Source of the DNA: Blastocystis sp. Blastoise
Lineage: Eukaryota > Protista > Bigyra: Opalinata
Length of the DNA: 64,000 nucleotides
Assembly: GCA_039096225.1 (NCBI GenBank)
Contig: JBBPEB010000011.1
Coordinates: 930,001-994,000, forward strand
Direction: 5' to 3'
Part shown: one piece after another, positions 44,801 through 59,800 of the stretch
How positions within the stretch are numbered: position 1 is the first letter of the stretch
How the letters are laid out: each line of letters starts with the position of its first letter
Translations under genes and position numbers: made by a program
The notes under the pieces: generated by a model
Told to the model about the DNA's origin: nothing
The model's database searches: none
Seen by the model: only the letters and a program-made list of their open reading frames with translations

Positions 44801-47800
44801 GGTCTTTATAATAATAATTGTAGTGGTAAATGTTTAGAAGGTTATTATTGTTTAGAAGGATCTATATCATCAATTGAAAATGAATGTGGTAATGCAAATG
44901 TATATTGTCCTTTAGGTTCTTCTTCTCCTATTAATGTTCCTTTAGGTTCTTATTCTATTCCTCTTGATGTTAATTCTACAATTCGTTCTAATTTTGTTAT
45001 TTGTGAAGAAGGTAATTATTGTATAGAAGGTATTAAATATTCTTGTCCATCTGGTTCTTATGGTAATGAAACTGGTCTTTATAATAATAATTGTAGTGGT
45101 AAATGTTTAGAAGGTTATTATTGTTTAGAAGGATCTATATCATCAATTGAAAATGAATGTGGTAATGCAAATGTATATTGTCCTTTAGGTTCTTCTTCTC
45201 CTATTAATGTTCCTTTAGGTTCTTATTCTATTCCTCTTGATGTTAATTCTACAATTCGTTCTAATTTTGTTATTTGTGAAGAAGGTAATTATTGTATAGA
45301 AGGTATTAAATATTCTTGTCCATCTGGTTCTTATGGTAATGAAACTGGTCTTTATAATAATAATTGTAGTGGTAAATGTTTAGAAGGTTATTATTGTTTA
45401 GAAGGATCTATATCATCAATTGAAAATGAATGTGGTAATGCAAATGTATATTGTCCTTTAGGTTCTTCTTCTCCTATTAATGTTCCTTTAGGTTCTTATT
45501 CTATTCCTCTTGATGTTAATTCTACAATTCGTTCTAATTTTGTTATTTGTGAAGAAGGTAATTATTGTATAGAAGGTATTAAATATTCTTGTCCATCTGG
45601 TTCTTATGGTAATGAAACTGGTCTTTATAATAATAATTGTAGTGGTAAATGTTTAGAAGGTTATTATTGTTTAGAAGGATCTATATCATCAATTGAAAAT
45701 GAATGTGGTAATGCAAATGTATATTGTCCTTTAGGTTCTTCTTCTCCTATTAATGTTCCTTTAGGTTCTTATTCTATTCCTCTTGATGTTAATTCTACAA
45801 TTCGTTCTAATTTTGTTATTTGTGAAGAAGGTAATTATTGTATAGAAGGTATTAAATATTCTTGTCCATCTGGTTCTTATGGTAATGAAACTGGTCTTTA
45901 TAATAATAATTGTAGTGGTAAATGTTTAGAAGGTTATTATTGTTTAGAAGGATCTATATCATCAATTGAAAATGAATGTGGTAATGCAAATGTATATTGT
46001 CCTTTAGGTTCTTCTTCTCCTATTAATGTTCCTTTAGGTTCTTATTCTATTCCTCTTGATGTTAATTCTACAATTCGTTCTAATTTTGTTATTTGTGAAG
46101 AAGGTAATTATTGTATAGAAGGTATTAAATATTCTTGTCCATCTGGTTCTTATGGTAATGAAACTGGTCTTTATAATAATAATTGTAGTGGTAAATGTTT
46201 AGAAGGTTATTATTGTTTAGAAGGATCTATATCATCAATTGAAAATGAATGTGGTAATGCAAATGTATATTGTCCTTTAGGTTCTTCTTCTCCTATTAAT
46301 GTTCCTTTAGGTTCTTATTCTATTCCTCTTGATGTTAATTCTACAATTCGTTCTAATTTTGTTATTTGTGAAGAAGGTAATTATTGTATAGAAGGTATTA
46401 AATATTCTTGTCCATCTGGTTCTTATGGTAATGAAACTGGTCTTTATAATAATAATTGTAGTGGTAAATGTTTAGAAGGTTATTATTGTTTAGAAGGATC
46501 TATATCATCAATTGAAAATGAATGTGGTAATGCAAATGTATATTGTCCTTTAGGTTCTTCTTCTCCTATTAATGTTCCTTTAGGTTCTTATTCTATTCCT
46601 CTTGATGTTAATTCTACAATTCGTTCTAATTTTGTTATTTGTGAAGAAGGTAATTATTGTATAGAAGGTATTAAATATTCTTGTCCATCTGGTTCTTATG
46701 GTAATGAAACTGGTCTTTATAATAATAATTGTAGTGGTAAATGTTTAGAAGGTTATTATTGTTTAGAAGGATCTATATCATCAATTGAAAATGAATGTGG
46801 TAATGCAAATGTATATTGTCCTTTAGGTTCTTCTTCTCCTATTAATGTTCCTTTAGGTTCTTATTCTATTCCTCTTGATGTTAATTCTACAATTCGTTCT
46901 AATTTTGTTATTTGTGAAGAAGGTAATTATTGTATAGAAGGTATTAAATATTCTTGTCCATCTGGTTCTTATGGTAATGAAACTGGTCTTTATAATAATA
47001 ATTGTAGTGGTAAATGTTTAGAAGGTTATTATTGTTTAGAAGGATCTATATCATCAATTGAAAATGAATGTGGTAATGCAAATGTATATTGTCCTTTAGG
47101 TTCTTCTTCTCCTATTAATGTTCCTTTAGGTTCTTATTCTATTCCTCTTGATGTTAATTCTACAATTCGTTCTAATTTTGTTATTTGTGAAGAAGGTAAT
47201 TATTGTATAGAAGGTATTAAATATTCTTGTCCATCTGGTTCTTATGGTAATGAAACTGGTCTTTATAATAATAATTGTAGTGGTAAATGTTTAGAAGGTT
47301 ATTATTGTTTAGAAGGATCTATATCATCAATTGAAAATGAATGTGGTAATGCAAATGTATATTGTCCTTTAGGTTCTTCTTCTCCTATTAATGTTCCTTT
47401 AGGTTCTTATTCTATTCCTCTTGATGTTAATTCTACAATTCGTTCTAATTTTGTTATTTGTGAAGAAGGTAATTATTGTATAGAAGGTATTAAATATTCT
47501 TGTCCATCTGGTTCTTATGGTAATGAAACTGGTCTTTATAATAATAATTGTAGTGGTAAATGTTTAGAAGGTTATTATTGTTTAGAAGGATCTATATCAT
47601 CAATTGAAAATGAATGTGGTAATGCAAATGTATATTGTCCTTTAGGTTCTTCTTCTCCTATTAATGTTCCTTTAGGTTCTTATTCTATTCCTCTTGATGT
47701 TAATTCTACAATTCGTTCTAATTTTGTTATTTGTGAAGAAGGTAATTATTGTATAGAAGGTATTAAATATTCTTGTCCATCTGGTTCTTATGGTAATGAA

Positions 47801-50800
47801 ACTGGTCTTTATAATAATAATTGTAGTGGTAAATGTTTAGAAGGTTATTATTGTTTAGAAGGATCTATATCATCAATTGAAAATGAATGTGGTAATGCAA
47901 ATGTATATTGTCCTTTAGGTTCTTCTTCTCCTATTAATGTTCCTTTAGGTTCTTATTCTATTCCTCTTGATGTTAATTCTACAATTCGTTCTAATTTTGT
48001 TATTTGTGAAGAAGGTAATTATTGTATAGAAGGTATTAAATATTCTTGTCCATCTGGTTCTTATGGTAATGAAACTGGTCTTTATAATAATAATTGTAGT
48101 GGTAAATGTTTAGAAGGTTATTATTGTTTAGAAGGATCTATATCATCAATTGAAAATGAATGTGGTAATGCAAATGTATATTGTCCTTTAGGTTCTTCTT
48201 CTCCTATTAATGTTCCTTTAGGTTCTTATTCTATTCCTCTTGATGTTAATTCTACAATTCGTTCTAATTTTGTTATTTGTGAAGAAGGTAATTATTGTAT
48301 AGAAGGTATTAAATATTCTTGTCCATCTGGTTCTTATGGTAATGAAACTGGTCTTTATAATAATAATTGTAGTGGTAAATGTTTAGAAGGTTATTATTGT
48401 TTAGAAGGATCTATATCATCAATTGAAAATGAATGTGGTAATGCAAATGTATATTGTCCTTTAGGTTCTTCTTCTCCTATTAATGTTCCTTTAGGTTCTT
48501 ATTCTATTCCTCTTGATGTTAATTCTACAATTCGTTCTAATTTTGTTATTTGTGAAGAAGGTAATTATTGTATAGAAGGTATTAAATATTCTTGTCCATC
48601 TGGTTCTTATGGTAATGAAACTGGTCTTTATAATAATAATTGTAGTGGTAAATGTTTAGAAGGTTATTATTGTTTAGAAGGATCTATATCATCAATTGAA
48701 AATGAATGTGGTAATGCAAATGTATATTGTCCTTTAGGTTCTTCTTCTCCTATTAATGTTCCTTTAGGTTCTTATTCTATTCCTCTTGATGTTAATTCTA
48801 CAATTCGTTCTAATTTTGTTATTTGTGAAGAAGGTAATTATTGTATAGAAGGTATTAAATATTCTTGTCCATCTGGTTCTTATGGTAATGAAACTGGTCT
48901 TTATAATAATAATTGTAGTGGTAAATGTTTAGAAGGTTATTATTGTTTAGAAGGATCTATATCATCAATTGAAAATGAATGTGGTAATGCAAATGTATAT
49001 TGTCCTTTAGGTTCTTCTTCTCCTATTAATGTTCCTTTAGGTTCTTATTCTATTCCTCTTGATGTTAATTCTACAATTCGTTCTAATTTTGTTATTTGTG
49101 AAGAAGGTAATTATTGTATAGAAGGTATTAAATATTCTTGTCCATCTGGTTCTTATGGTAATGAAACTGGTCTTTATAATAATAATTGTAGTGGTAAATG
49201 TTTAGAAGGTTATTATTGTTTAGAAGGATCTATATCATCAATTGAAAATGAATGTGGTAATGCAAATGTATATTGTCCTTTAGGTTCTTCTTCTCCTATT
49301 AATGTTCCTTTAGGTTCTTATTCTATTCCTCTTGATGTTAATTCTACAATTCGTTCTAATTTTGTTATTTGTGAAGAAGGTAATTATTGTATAGAAGGTA
49401 TTAAATATTCTTGTCCATCTGGTTCTTATGGTAATGAAACTGGTCTTTATAATAATAATTGTAGTGGTAAATGTTTAGAAGGTTATTATTGTTTAGAAGG
49501 ATCTATATCATCAATTGAAAATGAATGTGGTAATGCAAATGTATATTGTCCTTTAGGTTCTTCTTCTCCTATTAATGTTCCTTTAGGTTCTTATTCTATT
49601 CCTCTTGATGTTAATTCTACAATTCGTTCTAATTTTGTTATTTGTGAAGAAGGTAATTATTGTATAGAAGGTATTAAATATTCTTGTCCATCTGGTTCTT
49701 ATGGTAATGAAACTGGTCTTTATAATAATAATTGTAGTGGTAAATGTTTAGAAGGTTATTATTGTTTAGAAGGATCTATATCATCAATTGAAAATGAATG
49801 TGGTAATGCAAATGTATATTGTCCTTTAGGTTCTTCTTCTCCTATTAATGTTCCTTTAGGTTCTTATTCTATTCCTCTTGATGTTAATTCTACAATTCGT
49901 TCTAATTTTGTTATTTGTGAAGAAGGTAATTATTGTATAGAAGGTATTAAATATTCTTGTCCATCTGGTTCTTATGGTAATGAAACTGGTCTTTATAATA
50001 ATAATTGTAGTGGTAAATGTTTAGAAGGTTATTATTGTTTAGAAGGATCTATATCATCAATTGAAAATGAATGTGGTAATGCAAATGTATATTGTCCTTT
50101 AGGTTCTTCTTCTCCTATTAATGTTCCTTTAGGTTCTTATTCTATTCCTCTTGATGTTAATTCTACAATTCGTTCTAATTTTGTTATTTGTGAAGAAGGT
50201 AATTATTGTATAGAAGGTATTAAATATTCTTGTCCATCTGGTTCTTATGGTAATGAAACTGGTCTTTATAATAATAATTGTAGTGGTAAATGTTTAGAAG
50301 GTTATTATTGTTTAGAAGGATCTATATCATCAATTGAAAATGAATGTGGTAATGCAAATGTATATTGTCCTTTAGGTTCTTCTTCTCCTATTAATGTTCC
50401 TTTAGGTTCTTATTCTATTCCTCTTGATGTTAATTCTACAATTCGTTCTAATTTTGTTATTTGTGAAGAAGGTAATTATTGTATAGAAGGTATTAAATAT
50501 TCTTGTCCATCTGGTTCTTATGGTAATGAAACTGGTCTTTATAATAATAATTGTAGTGGTAAATGTTTAGAAGGTTATTATTGTTTAGAAGGATCTATAT
50601 CATCAATTGAAAATGAATGTGGTAATGCAAATGTATATTGTCCTTTAGGTTCTTCTTCTCCTATTAATGTTCCTTTAGGTTCTTATTCTATTCCTCTTGA
50701 TGTTAATTCTACAATTCGTTCTAATTTTGTTATTTGTGAAGAAGGTAATTATTGTATAGAAGGTATTAAATATTCTTGTCCATCTGGTTCTTATGGTAAT

Positions 50801-53800
50801 GAAACTGGTCTTTATAATAATAATTGTAGTGGTAAATGTTTAGAAGGTTATTATTGTTTAGAAGGATCTATATCATCAATTGAAAATGAATGTGGTAATG
50901 CAAATGTATATTGTCCTTTAGGTTCTTCTTCTCCTATTAATGTTCCTTTAGGTTCTTATTCTATTCCTCTTGATGTTAATTCTACAATTCGTTCTAATTT
51001 TGTTATTTGTGAAGAAGGTAATTATTGTATAGAAGGTATTAAATATTCTTGTCCATCTGGTTCTTATGGTAATGAAACTGGTCTTTATAATAATAATTGT
51101 AGTGGTAAATGTTTAGAAGGTTATTATTGTTTAGAAGGATCTATATCATCAATTGAAAATGAATGTGGTAATGCAAATGTATATTGTCCTTTAGGTTCTT
51201 CTTCTCCTATTAATGTTCCTTTAGGTTCTTATTCTATTCCTCTTGATGTTAATTCTACAATTCGTTCTAATTTTGTTATTTGTGAAGAAGGTAATTATTG
51301 TATAGAAGGTATTAAATATTCTTGTCCATCTGGTTCTTATGGTAATGAAACTGGTCTTTATAATAATAATTGTAGTGGTAAATGTTTAGAAGGTTATTAT
51401 TGTTTAGAAGGATCTATATCATCAATTGAAAATGAATGTGGTAATGCAAATGTATATTGTCCTTTAGGTTCTTCTTCTCCTATTAATGTTCCTTTAGGTT
51501 CTTATTCTATTCCTCTTGATGTTAATTCTACAATTCGTTCTAATTTTGTTATTTGTGAAGAAGGTAATTATTGTATAGAAGGTATTAAATATTCTTGTCC
51601 ATCTGGTTCTTATGGTAATGAAACTGGTCTTTATAATAATAATTGTAGTGGTAAATGTTTAGAAGGTTATTATTGTTTAGAAGGATCTATATCATCAATT
51701 GAAAATGAATGTGGTAATGCAAATGTATATTGTCCTTTAGGTTCTTCTTCTCCTATTAATGTTCCTTTAGGTTCTTATTCTATTCCTCTTGATGTTAATT
51801 CTACAATTCGTTCTAATTTTGTTATTTGTGAAGAAGGTAATTATTGTATAGAAGGTATTAAATATTCTTGTCCATCTGGTTCTTATGGTAATGAAACTGG
51901 TCTTTATAATAATAATTGTAGTGGTAAATGTTTAGAAGGTTATTATTGTTTAGAAGGATCTATATCATCAATTGAAAATGAATGTGGTAATGCAAATGTA
52001 TATTGTCCTTTAGGTTCTTCTTCTCCTATTAATGTTCCTTTAGGTTCTTATTCTATTCCTCTTGATGTTAATTCTACAATTCGTTCTAATTTTGTTATTT
52101 GTGAAGAAGGTAATTATTGTATAGAAGGTATTAAATATTCTTGTCCATCTGGTTCTTATGGTAATGAAACTGGTCTTTATAATAATAATTGTAGTGGTAA
52201 ATGTTTAGAAGGTTATTATTGTTTAGAAGGATCTATATCATCAATTGAAAATGAATGTGGTAATGCAAATGTATATTGTCCTTTAGGTTCTTCTTCTCCT
52301 ATTAATGTTCCTTTAGGTTCTTATTCTATTCCTCTTGATGTTAATTCTACAATTCGTTCTAATTTTGTTATTTGTGAAGAAGGTAATTATTGTATAGAAG
52401 GTATTAAATATTCTTGTCCATCTGGTTCTTATGGTAATGAAACTGGTCTTTATAATAATAATTGTAGTGGTAAATGTTTAGAAGGTTATTATTGTTTAGA
52501 AGGATCTATATCATCAATTGAAAATGAATGTGGTAATGCAAATGTATATTGTCCTTTAGGTTCTTCTTCTCCTATTAATGTTCCTTTAGGTTCTTATTCT
52601 ATTCCTCTTGATGTTAATTCTACAATTCGTTCTAATTTTGTTATTTGTGAAGAAGGTAATTATTGTATAGAAGGTATTAAATATTCTTGTCCATCTGGTT
52701 CTTATGGTAATGAAACTGGTCTTTATAATAATAATTGTAGTGGTAAATGTTTAGAAGGTTATTATTGTTTAGAAGGATCTATATCATCAATTGAAAATGA
52801 ATGTGGTAATGCAAATGTATATTGTCCTTTAGGTTCTTCTTCTCCTATTAATGTTCCTTTAGGTTCTTATTCTATTCCTCTTGATGTTAATTCTACAATT
52901 CGTTCTAATTTTGTTATTTGTGAAGAAGGTAATTATTGTATAGAAGGTATTAAATATTCTTGTCCATCTGGTTCTTATGGTAATGAAACTGGTCTTTATA
53001 ATAATAATTGTAGTGGTAAATGTTTAGAAGGTTATTATTGTTTAGAAGGATCTATATCATCAATTGAAAATGAATGTGGTAATGCAAATGTATATTGTCC
53101 TTTAGGTTCTTCTTCTCCTATTAATGTTCCTTTAGGTTCTTATTCTATTCCTCTTGATGTTAATTCTACAATTCGTTCTAATTTTGTTATTTGTGAAGAA
53201 GGTAATTATTGTATAGAAGGTATTAAATATTCTTGTCCATCTGGTTCTTATGGTAATGAAACTGGTCTTTATAATAATAATTGTAGTGGTAAATGTTTAG
53301 AAGGTTATTATTGTTTAGAAGGATCTATATCATCAATTGAAAATGAATGTGGTAATGCAAATGTATATTGTCCTTTAGGTTCTTCTTCTCCTATTAATGT
53401 TCCTTTAGGTTCTTATTCTATTCCTCTTGATGTTAATTCTACAATTCGTTCTAATTTTGTTATTTGTGAAGAAGGTAATTATTGTATAGAAGGTATTAAA
53501 TATTCTTGTCCATCTGGTTCTTATGGTAATGAAACTGGTCTTTATAATAATAATTGTAGTGGTAAATGTTTAGAAGGTTATTATTGTTTAGAAGGATCTA
53601 TATCATCAATTGAAAATGAATGTGGTAATGCAAATGTATATTGTCCTTTAGGTTCTTCTTCTCCTATTAATGTTCCTTTAGGTTCTTATTCTATTCCTCT
53701 TGATGTTAATTCTACAATTCGTTCTAATTTTGTTATTTGTGAAGAAGGTAATTATTGTATAGAAGGTATTAAATATTCTTGTCCATCTGGTTCTTATGGT

Positions 53801-56800
53801 AATGAAACTGGTCTTTATAATAATAATTGTAGTGGTAAATGTTTAGAAGGTTATTATTGTTTAGAAGGATCTATATCATCAATTGAAAATGAATGTGGTA
53901 ATGCAAATGTATATTGTCCTTTAGGTTCTTCTTCTCCTATTAATGTTCCTTTAGGTTCTTATTCTATTCCTCTTGATGTTAATTCTACAATTCGTTCTAA
54001 TTTTGTTATTTGTGAAGAAGGTAATTATTGTATAGAAGGTATTAAATATTCTTGTCCATCTGGTTCTTATGGTAATGAAACTGGTCTTTATAATAATAAT
54101 TGTAGTGGTAAATGTTTAGAAGGTTATTATTGTTTAGAAGGATCTATATCATCAATTGAAAATGAATGTGGTAATGCAAATGTATATTGTCCTTTAGGTT
54201 CTTCTTCTCCTATTAATGTTCCTTTAGGTTCTTATTCTATTCCTCTTGATGTTAATTCTACAATTCGTTCTAATTTTGTTATTTGTGAAGAAGGTAATTA
54301 TTGTATAGAAGGTATTAAATATTCTTGTCCATCTGGTTCTTATGGTAATGAAACTGGTCTTTATAATAATAATTGTAGTGGTAAATGTTTAGAAGGTTAT
54401 TATTGTTTAGAAGGATCTATATCATCAATTGAAAATGAATGTGGTAATGCAAATGTATATTGTCCTTTAGGTTCTTCTTCTCCTATTAATGTTCCTTTAG
54501 GTTCTTATTCTATTCCTCTTGATGTTAATTCTACAATTCGTTCTAATTTTGTTATTTGTGAAGAAGGTAATTATTGTATAGAAGGTATTAAATATTCTTG
54601 TCCATCTGGTTCTTATGGTAATGAAACTGGTCTTTATAATAATAATTGTAGTGGTAAATGTTTAGAAGGTTATTATTGTTTAGAAGGATCTATATCATCA
54701 ATTGAAAATGAATGTGGTAATGCAAATGTATATTGTCCTTTAGGTTCTTCTTCTCCTATTAATGTTCCTTTAGGTTCTTATTCTATTCCTCTTGATGTTA
54801 ATTCTACAATTCGTTCTAATTTTGTTATTTGTGAAGAAGGTAATTATTGTATAGAAGGTATTAAATATTCTTGTCCATCTGGTTCTTATGGTAATGAAAC
54901 TGGTCTTTATAATAATAATTGTAGTGGTAAATGTTTAGAAGGTTATTATTGTTTAGAAGGATCTATATCATCAATTGAAAATGAATGTGGTAATGCAAAT
55001 GTATATTGTCCTTTAGGTTCTTCTTCTCCTATTAATGTTCCTTTAGGTTCTTATTCTATTCCTCTTGATGTTAATTCTACAATTCGTTCTAATTTTGTTA
55101 TTTGTGAAGAAGGTAATTATTGTATAGAAGGTATTAAATATTCTTGTCCATCTGGTTCTTATGGTAATGAAACTGGTCTTTATAATAATAATTGTAGTGG
55201 TAAATGTTTAGAAGGTTATTATTGTTTAGAAGGATCTATATCATCAATTGAAAATGAATGTGGTAATGCAAATGTATATTGTCCTTTAGGTTCTTCTTCT
55301 CCTATTAATGTTCCTTTAGGTTCTTATTCTATTCCTCTTGATGTTAATTCTACAATTCGTTCTAATTTTGTTATTTGTGAAGAAGGTAATTATTGTATAG
55401 AAGGTATTAAATATTCTTGTCCATCTGGTTCTTATGGTAATGAAACTGGTCTTTATAATAATAATTGTAGTGGTAAATGTTTAGAAGGTTATTATTGTTT
55501 AGAAGGATCTATATCATCAATTGAAAATGAATGTGGTAATGCAAATGTATATTGTCCTTTAGGTTCTTCTTCTCCTATTAATGTTCCTTTAGGTTCTTAT
55601 TCTATTCCTCTTGATGTTAATTCTACAATTCGTTCTAATTTTGTTATTTGTGAAGAAGGTAATTATTGTATAGAAGGTATTAAATATTCTTGTCCATCTG
55701 GTTCTTATGGTAATGAAACTGGTCTTTATAATAATAATTGTAGTGGTAAATGTTTAGAAGGTTATTATTGTTTAGAAGGATCTATATCATCAATTGAAAA
55801 TGAATGTGGTAATGCAAATGTATATTGTCCTTTAGGTTCTTCTTCTCCTATTAATGTTCCTTTAGGTTCTTATTCTATTCCTCTTGATGTTAATTCTACA
55901 ATTCGTTCTAATTTTGTTATTTGTGAAGAAGGTAATTATTGTATAGAAGGTATTAAATATTCTTGTCCATCTGGTTCTTATGGTAATGAAACTGGTCTTT
56001 ATAATAATAATTGTAGTGGTAAATGTTTAGAAGGTTATTATTGTTTAGAAGGATCTATATCATCAATTGAAAATGAATGTGGTAATGCAAATGTATATTG
56101 TCCTTTAGGTTCTTCTTCTCCTATTAATGTTCCTTTAGGTTCTTATTCTATTCCTCTTGATGTTAATTCTACAATTCGTTCTAATTTTGTTATTTGTGAA
56201 GAAGGTAATTATTGTATAGAAGGTATTAAATATTCTTGTCCATCTGGTTCTTATGGTAATGAAACTGGTCTTTATAATAATAATTGTAGTGGTAAATGTT
56301 TAGAAGGTTATTATTGTTTAGAAGGATCTATATCATCAATTGAAAATGAATGTGGTAATGCAAATGTATATTGTCCTTTAGGTTCTTCTTCTCCTATTAA
56401 TGTTCCTTTAGGTTCTTATTCTATTCCTCTTGATGTTAATTCTACAATTCGTTCTAATTTTGTTATTTGTGAAGAAGGTAATTATTGTATAGAAGGTATT
56501 AAATATTCTTGTCCATCTGGTTCTTATGGTAATGAAACTGGTCTTTATAATAATAATTGTAGTGGTAAATGTTTAGAAGGTTATTATTGTTTAGAAGGAT
56601 CTATATCATCAATTGAAAATGAATGTGGTAATGCAAATGTATATTGTCCTTTAGGTTCTTCTTCTCCTATTAATGTTCCTTTAGGTTCTTATTCTATTCC
56701 TCTTGATGTTAATTCTACAATTCGTTCTAATTTTGTTATTTGTGAAGAAGGTAATTATTGTATAGAAGGTATTAAATATTCTTGTCCATCTGGTTCTTAT

Positions 56801-59800
56801 GGTAATGAAACTGGTCTTTATAATAATAATTGTAGTGGTAAATGTTTAGAAGGTTATTATTGTTTAGAAGGATCTATATCATCAATTGAAAATGAATGTG
56901 GTAATGCAAATGTATATTGTCCTTTAGGTTCTTCTTCTCCTATTAATGTTCCTTTAGGTTCTTATTCTATTCCTCTTGATGTTAATTCTACAATTCGTTC
57001 TAATTTTGTTATTTGTGAAGAAGGTAATTATTGTATAGAAGGTATTAAATATTCTTGTCCATCTGGTTCTTATGGTAATGAAACTGGTCTTTATAATAAT
57101 AATTGTAGTGGTAAATGTTTAGAAGGTTATTATTGTTTAGAAGGATCTATATCATCAATTGAAAATGAATGTGGTAATGCAAATGTATATTGTCCTTTAG
57201 GTTCTTCTTCTCCTATTAATGTTCCTTTAGGTTCTTATTCTATTCCTCTTGATGTTAATTCTACAATTCGTTCTAATTTTGTTATTTGTGAAGAAGGTAA
57301 TTATTGTATAGAAGGTATTAAATATTCTTGTCCATCTGGTTCTTATGGTAATGAAACTGGTCTTTATAATAATAATTGTAGTGGTAAATGTTTAGAAGGT
57401 TATTATTGTTTAGAAGGATCTATATCATCAATTGAAAATGAATGTGGTAATGCAAATGTATATTGTCCTTTAGGTTCTTCTTCTCCTATTAATGTTCCTT
57501 TAGGTTCTTATTCTATTCCTCTTGATGTTAATTCTACAATTCGTTCTAATTTTGTTATTTGTGAAGAAGGTAATTATTGTATAGAAGGTATTAAATATTC
57601 TTGTCCATCTGGTTCTTATGGTAATGAAACTGGTCTTTATAATAATAATTGTAGTGGTAAATGTTTAGAAGGTTATTATTGTTTAGAAGGATCTATATCA
57701 TCAATTGAAAATGAATGTGGTAATGCAAATGTATATTGTCCTTTAGGTTCTTCTTCTCCTATTAATGTTCCTTTAGGTTCTTATTCTATTCCTCTTGATG
57801 TTAATTCTACAATTCGTTCTAATTTTGTTATTTGTGAAGAAGGTAATTATTGTATAGAAGGTATTAAATATTCTTGTCCATCTGGTTCTTATGGTAATGA
57901 AACTGGTCTTTATAATAATAATTGTAGTGGTAAATGTTTAGAAGGTTATTATTGTTTAGAAGGATCTATATCATCAATTGAAAATGAATGTGGTAATGCA
58001 AATGTATATTGTCCTTTAGGTTCTTCTTCTCCTATTAATGTTCCTTTAGGTTCTTATTCTATTCCTCTTGATGTTAATTCTACAATTCGTTCTAATTTTG
58101 TTATTTGTGAAGAAGGTAATTATTGTATAGAAGGTATTAAATATTCTTGTCCATCTGGTTCTTATGGTAATGAAACTGGTCTTTATAATAATAATTGTAG
58201 TGGTAAATGTTTAGAAGGTTATTATTGTTTAGAAGGATCTATATCATCAATTGAAAATGAATGTGGTAATGCAAATGTATATTGTCCTTTAGGTTCTTCT
58301 TCTCCTATTAATGTTCCTTTAGGTTCTTATTCTATTCCTCTTGATGTTAATTCTACAATTCGTTCTAATTTTGTTATTTGTGAAGAAGGTAATTATTGTA
58401 TAGAAGGTATTAAATATTCTTGTCCATCTGGTTCTTATGGTAATGAAACTGGTCTTTATAATAATAATTGTAGTGGTAAATGTTTAGAAGGTTATTATTG
58501 TTTAGAAGGATCTATATCATCAATTGAAAATGAATGTGGTAATGCAAATGTATATTGTCCTTTAGGTTCTTCTTCTCCTATTAATGTTCCTTTAGGTTCT
58601 TATTCTATTCCTCTTGATGTTAATTCTACAATTCGTTCTAATTTTGTTATTTGTGAAGAAGGTAATTATTGTATAGAAGGTATTAAATATTCTTGTCCAT
58701 CTGGTTCTTATGGTAATGAAACTGGTCTTTATAATAATAATTGTAGTGGTAAATGTTTAGAAGGTTATTATTGTTTAGAAGGATCTATATCATCAATTGA
58801 AAATGAATGTGGTAATGCAAATGTATATTGTCCTTTAGGTTCTTCTTCTCCTATTAATGTTCCTTTAGGTTCTTATTCTATTCCTCTTGATGTTAATTCT
58901 ACAATTCGTTCTAATTTTGTTATTTGTGAAGAAGGTAATTATTGTATAGAAGGTATTAAATATTCTTGTCCATCTGGTTCTTATGGTAATGAAACTGGTC
59001 TTTATAATAATAATTGTAGTGGTAAATGTTTAGAAGGTTATTATTGTTTAGAAGGATCTATATCATCAATTGAAAATGAATGTGGTAATGCAAATGTATA
59101 TTGTCCTTTAGGTTCTTCTTCTCCTATTAATGTTCCTTTAGGTTCTTATTCTATTCCTCTTGATGTTAATTCTACAATTCGTTCTAATTTTGTTATTTGT
59201 GAAGAAGGTAATTATTGTATAGAAGGTATTAAATATTCTTGTCCATCTGGTTCTTATGGTAATGAAACTGGTCTTTATAATAATAATTGTAGTGGTAAAT
59301 GTTTAGAAGGTTATTATTGTTTAGAAGGATCTATATCATCAATTGAAAATGAATGTGGTAATGCAAATGTATATTGTCCTTTAGGTTCTTCTTCTCCTAT
59401 TAATGTTCCTTTAGGTTCTTATTCTATTCCTCTTGATGTTAATTCTACAATTCGTTCTAATTTTGTTATTTGTGAAGAAGGTAATTATTGTATAGAAGGT
59501 ATTAAATATTCTTGTCCATCTGGTTCTTATGGTAATGAAACTGGTCTTTATAATAATAATTGTAGTGGTAAATGTTTAGAAGGTTATTATTGTTTAGAAG
59601 GATCTATATCATCAATTGAAAATGAATGTGGTAATGCAAATGTATATTGTCCTTTAGGTTCTTCTTCTCCTATTAATGTTCCTTTAGGTTCTTATTCTAT
59701 TCCTCTTGATGTTAATTCTACAATTCGTTCTAATTTTGTTATTTGTGAAGAAGGTAATTATTGTATAGAAGGTATTAAATATTCTTGTCCATCTGGTTCT